From NCBI GenBank assembly GCA_013416795.1, contig RQSC01000029.1, positions 752,330-759,672 on the forward strand: a DNA stretch of 7,343 nt. Direction: 5' to 3'. The position numbers and the translations under genes are program-made. The notes under the pieces were generated by a model. It was not told the origin of the DNA. It saw nothing but the letters and a program-made list of their open reading frames with translations, and did no database searches. Positions 6,762 through 7,343 of the stretch are shown here, one piece after another; within the stretch, counting starts at the first letter, position 1, and each line of letters opens with the position of its first letter. This stretch comes from Prasinococcaceae sp. CCMP 1430 (taxonomy: Eukaryota > Plantae > Prasinodermophyta).

Positions 6762-6790
6762 TTAAGGTTTCTCTGACATTTTAGGGTTTA
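6762..6790 (-). promoter_or_regulatory. Telo-box plus degenerate copy in an AT-rich island
   Basis: TTTAGGGTTTA at 6780-6790 and TTAAGGTTT at 6762-6770. On the minus strand this reads TAAACCCTAAA...AAACCTTAA, the same pair and order as at 1335-1357. Confidence 0.5.
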
Positions 6791-7343
6791 CCATACATTT
6801 GGTCAAATTGCATGCGTTTTGACCCGTGGCCAGTGTATGCAAAGGGTGTTAACACATCCACCTGGGAATATCCGCGACGCCGCGGCAGCGCTGCAGAGCG
6901 CCGGCGGCGCGCCACACGCTGCGCCCCGCTGGGCTCAAGGAGTGCTTCACTGCTGACCCTGCAGCGTTTCCGGAGGCAAAACGCGCCCGAGCGTGCGCGC
7001 GCCCTCCGCGCGCGCCGCGAAGCCGCTGCGCATTGCCGCGGCGAGCGCCTCGGCCCACTTCCACCGCGCCACCATCGACATCGCCGCCGGCTGCTACAGC
7101 TGGCGCGGCCAGAAGGGACCCACGGCGCCGCAGCCGCGGGCCTCCCTCCTTGCCTGACTCCTCCCGCGTGAGCACAGGAGCTCGTCCAGAGGGCGGCCCC
7201 GCCTCCGCTCCGCTCCGCAGCGCACGCGCGTGCCCCGCGGGCTTCCAGCCTCGGCACCGCGCGGCGCAGCGCGGGTGGAGCGCGGGTCCGCTTCCCCTCC
7301 CCCTCCCCCCACTGGCGGACGCGCGCGCGCGCTGTGGCGCGCC

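Noticed and set aside
6780-6790. Chromosome end or telomere array
   Set aside because: Only about 1.5 TTTAGGG units with unique sequence on both sides. It is better read as a telo-box.
6781-7257. 158-aa minus ORF and 119-aa plus ORF (6812-7171) as genes
   Set aside because: Low-complexity Arg-rich translations running through an AT-rich promoter-like island, with no recognisable domain.

Overview
This window is GC-rich, gene-dense eukaryotic nuclear DNA with GT-AG spliceosomal introns. It is most likely from a unicellular alga; the plant-type PAH, APE1L-like gene, telo-boxes and TGTAA signal point to the green lineage, but a haptophyte is not excluded. Four genes are recognisable. (1) The 3' part of a plant/algal-type phenylalanine hydroxylase (<1-1089, +). 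(2) A UCP/dicarboxylate-like mitochondrial carrier (about 1544-2482, +, one intron, defective 5' end). (3) An APE1L-like AP endonuclease (about 2762-4223, +, two introns). (4) A divergent, intronless GCS2-family glutamate-cysteine ligase (4380 to about 5720, -, start lost at an N). The stretch 5760-7343 has no recognisable gene, but it carries telo-box pairs, palindromes and coding-like fragments. I cannot demonstrate a new multi-gene system. The best leads are two introns in different genes that resemble each other (a possible introner family), the bacterial-like GCS2 ligase, and a repeated telo-box promoter module.
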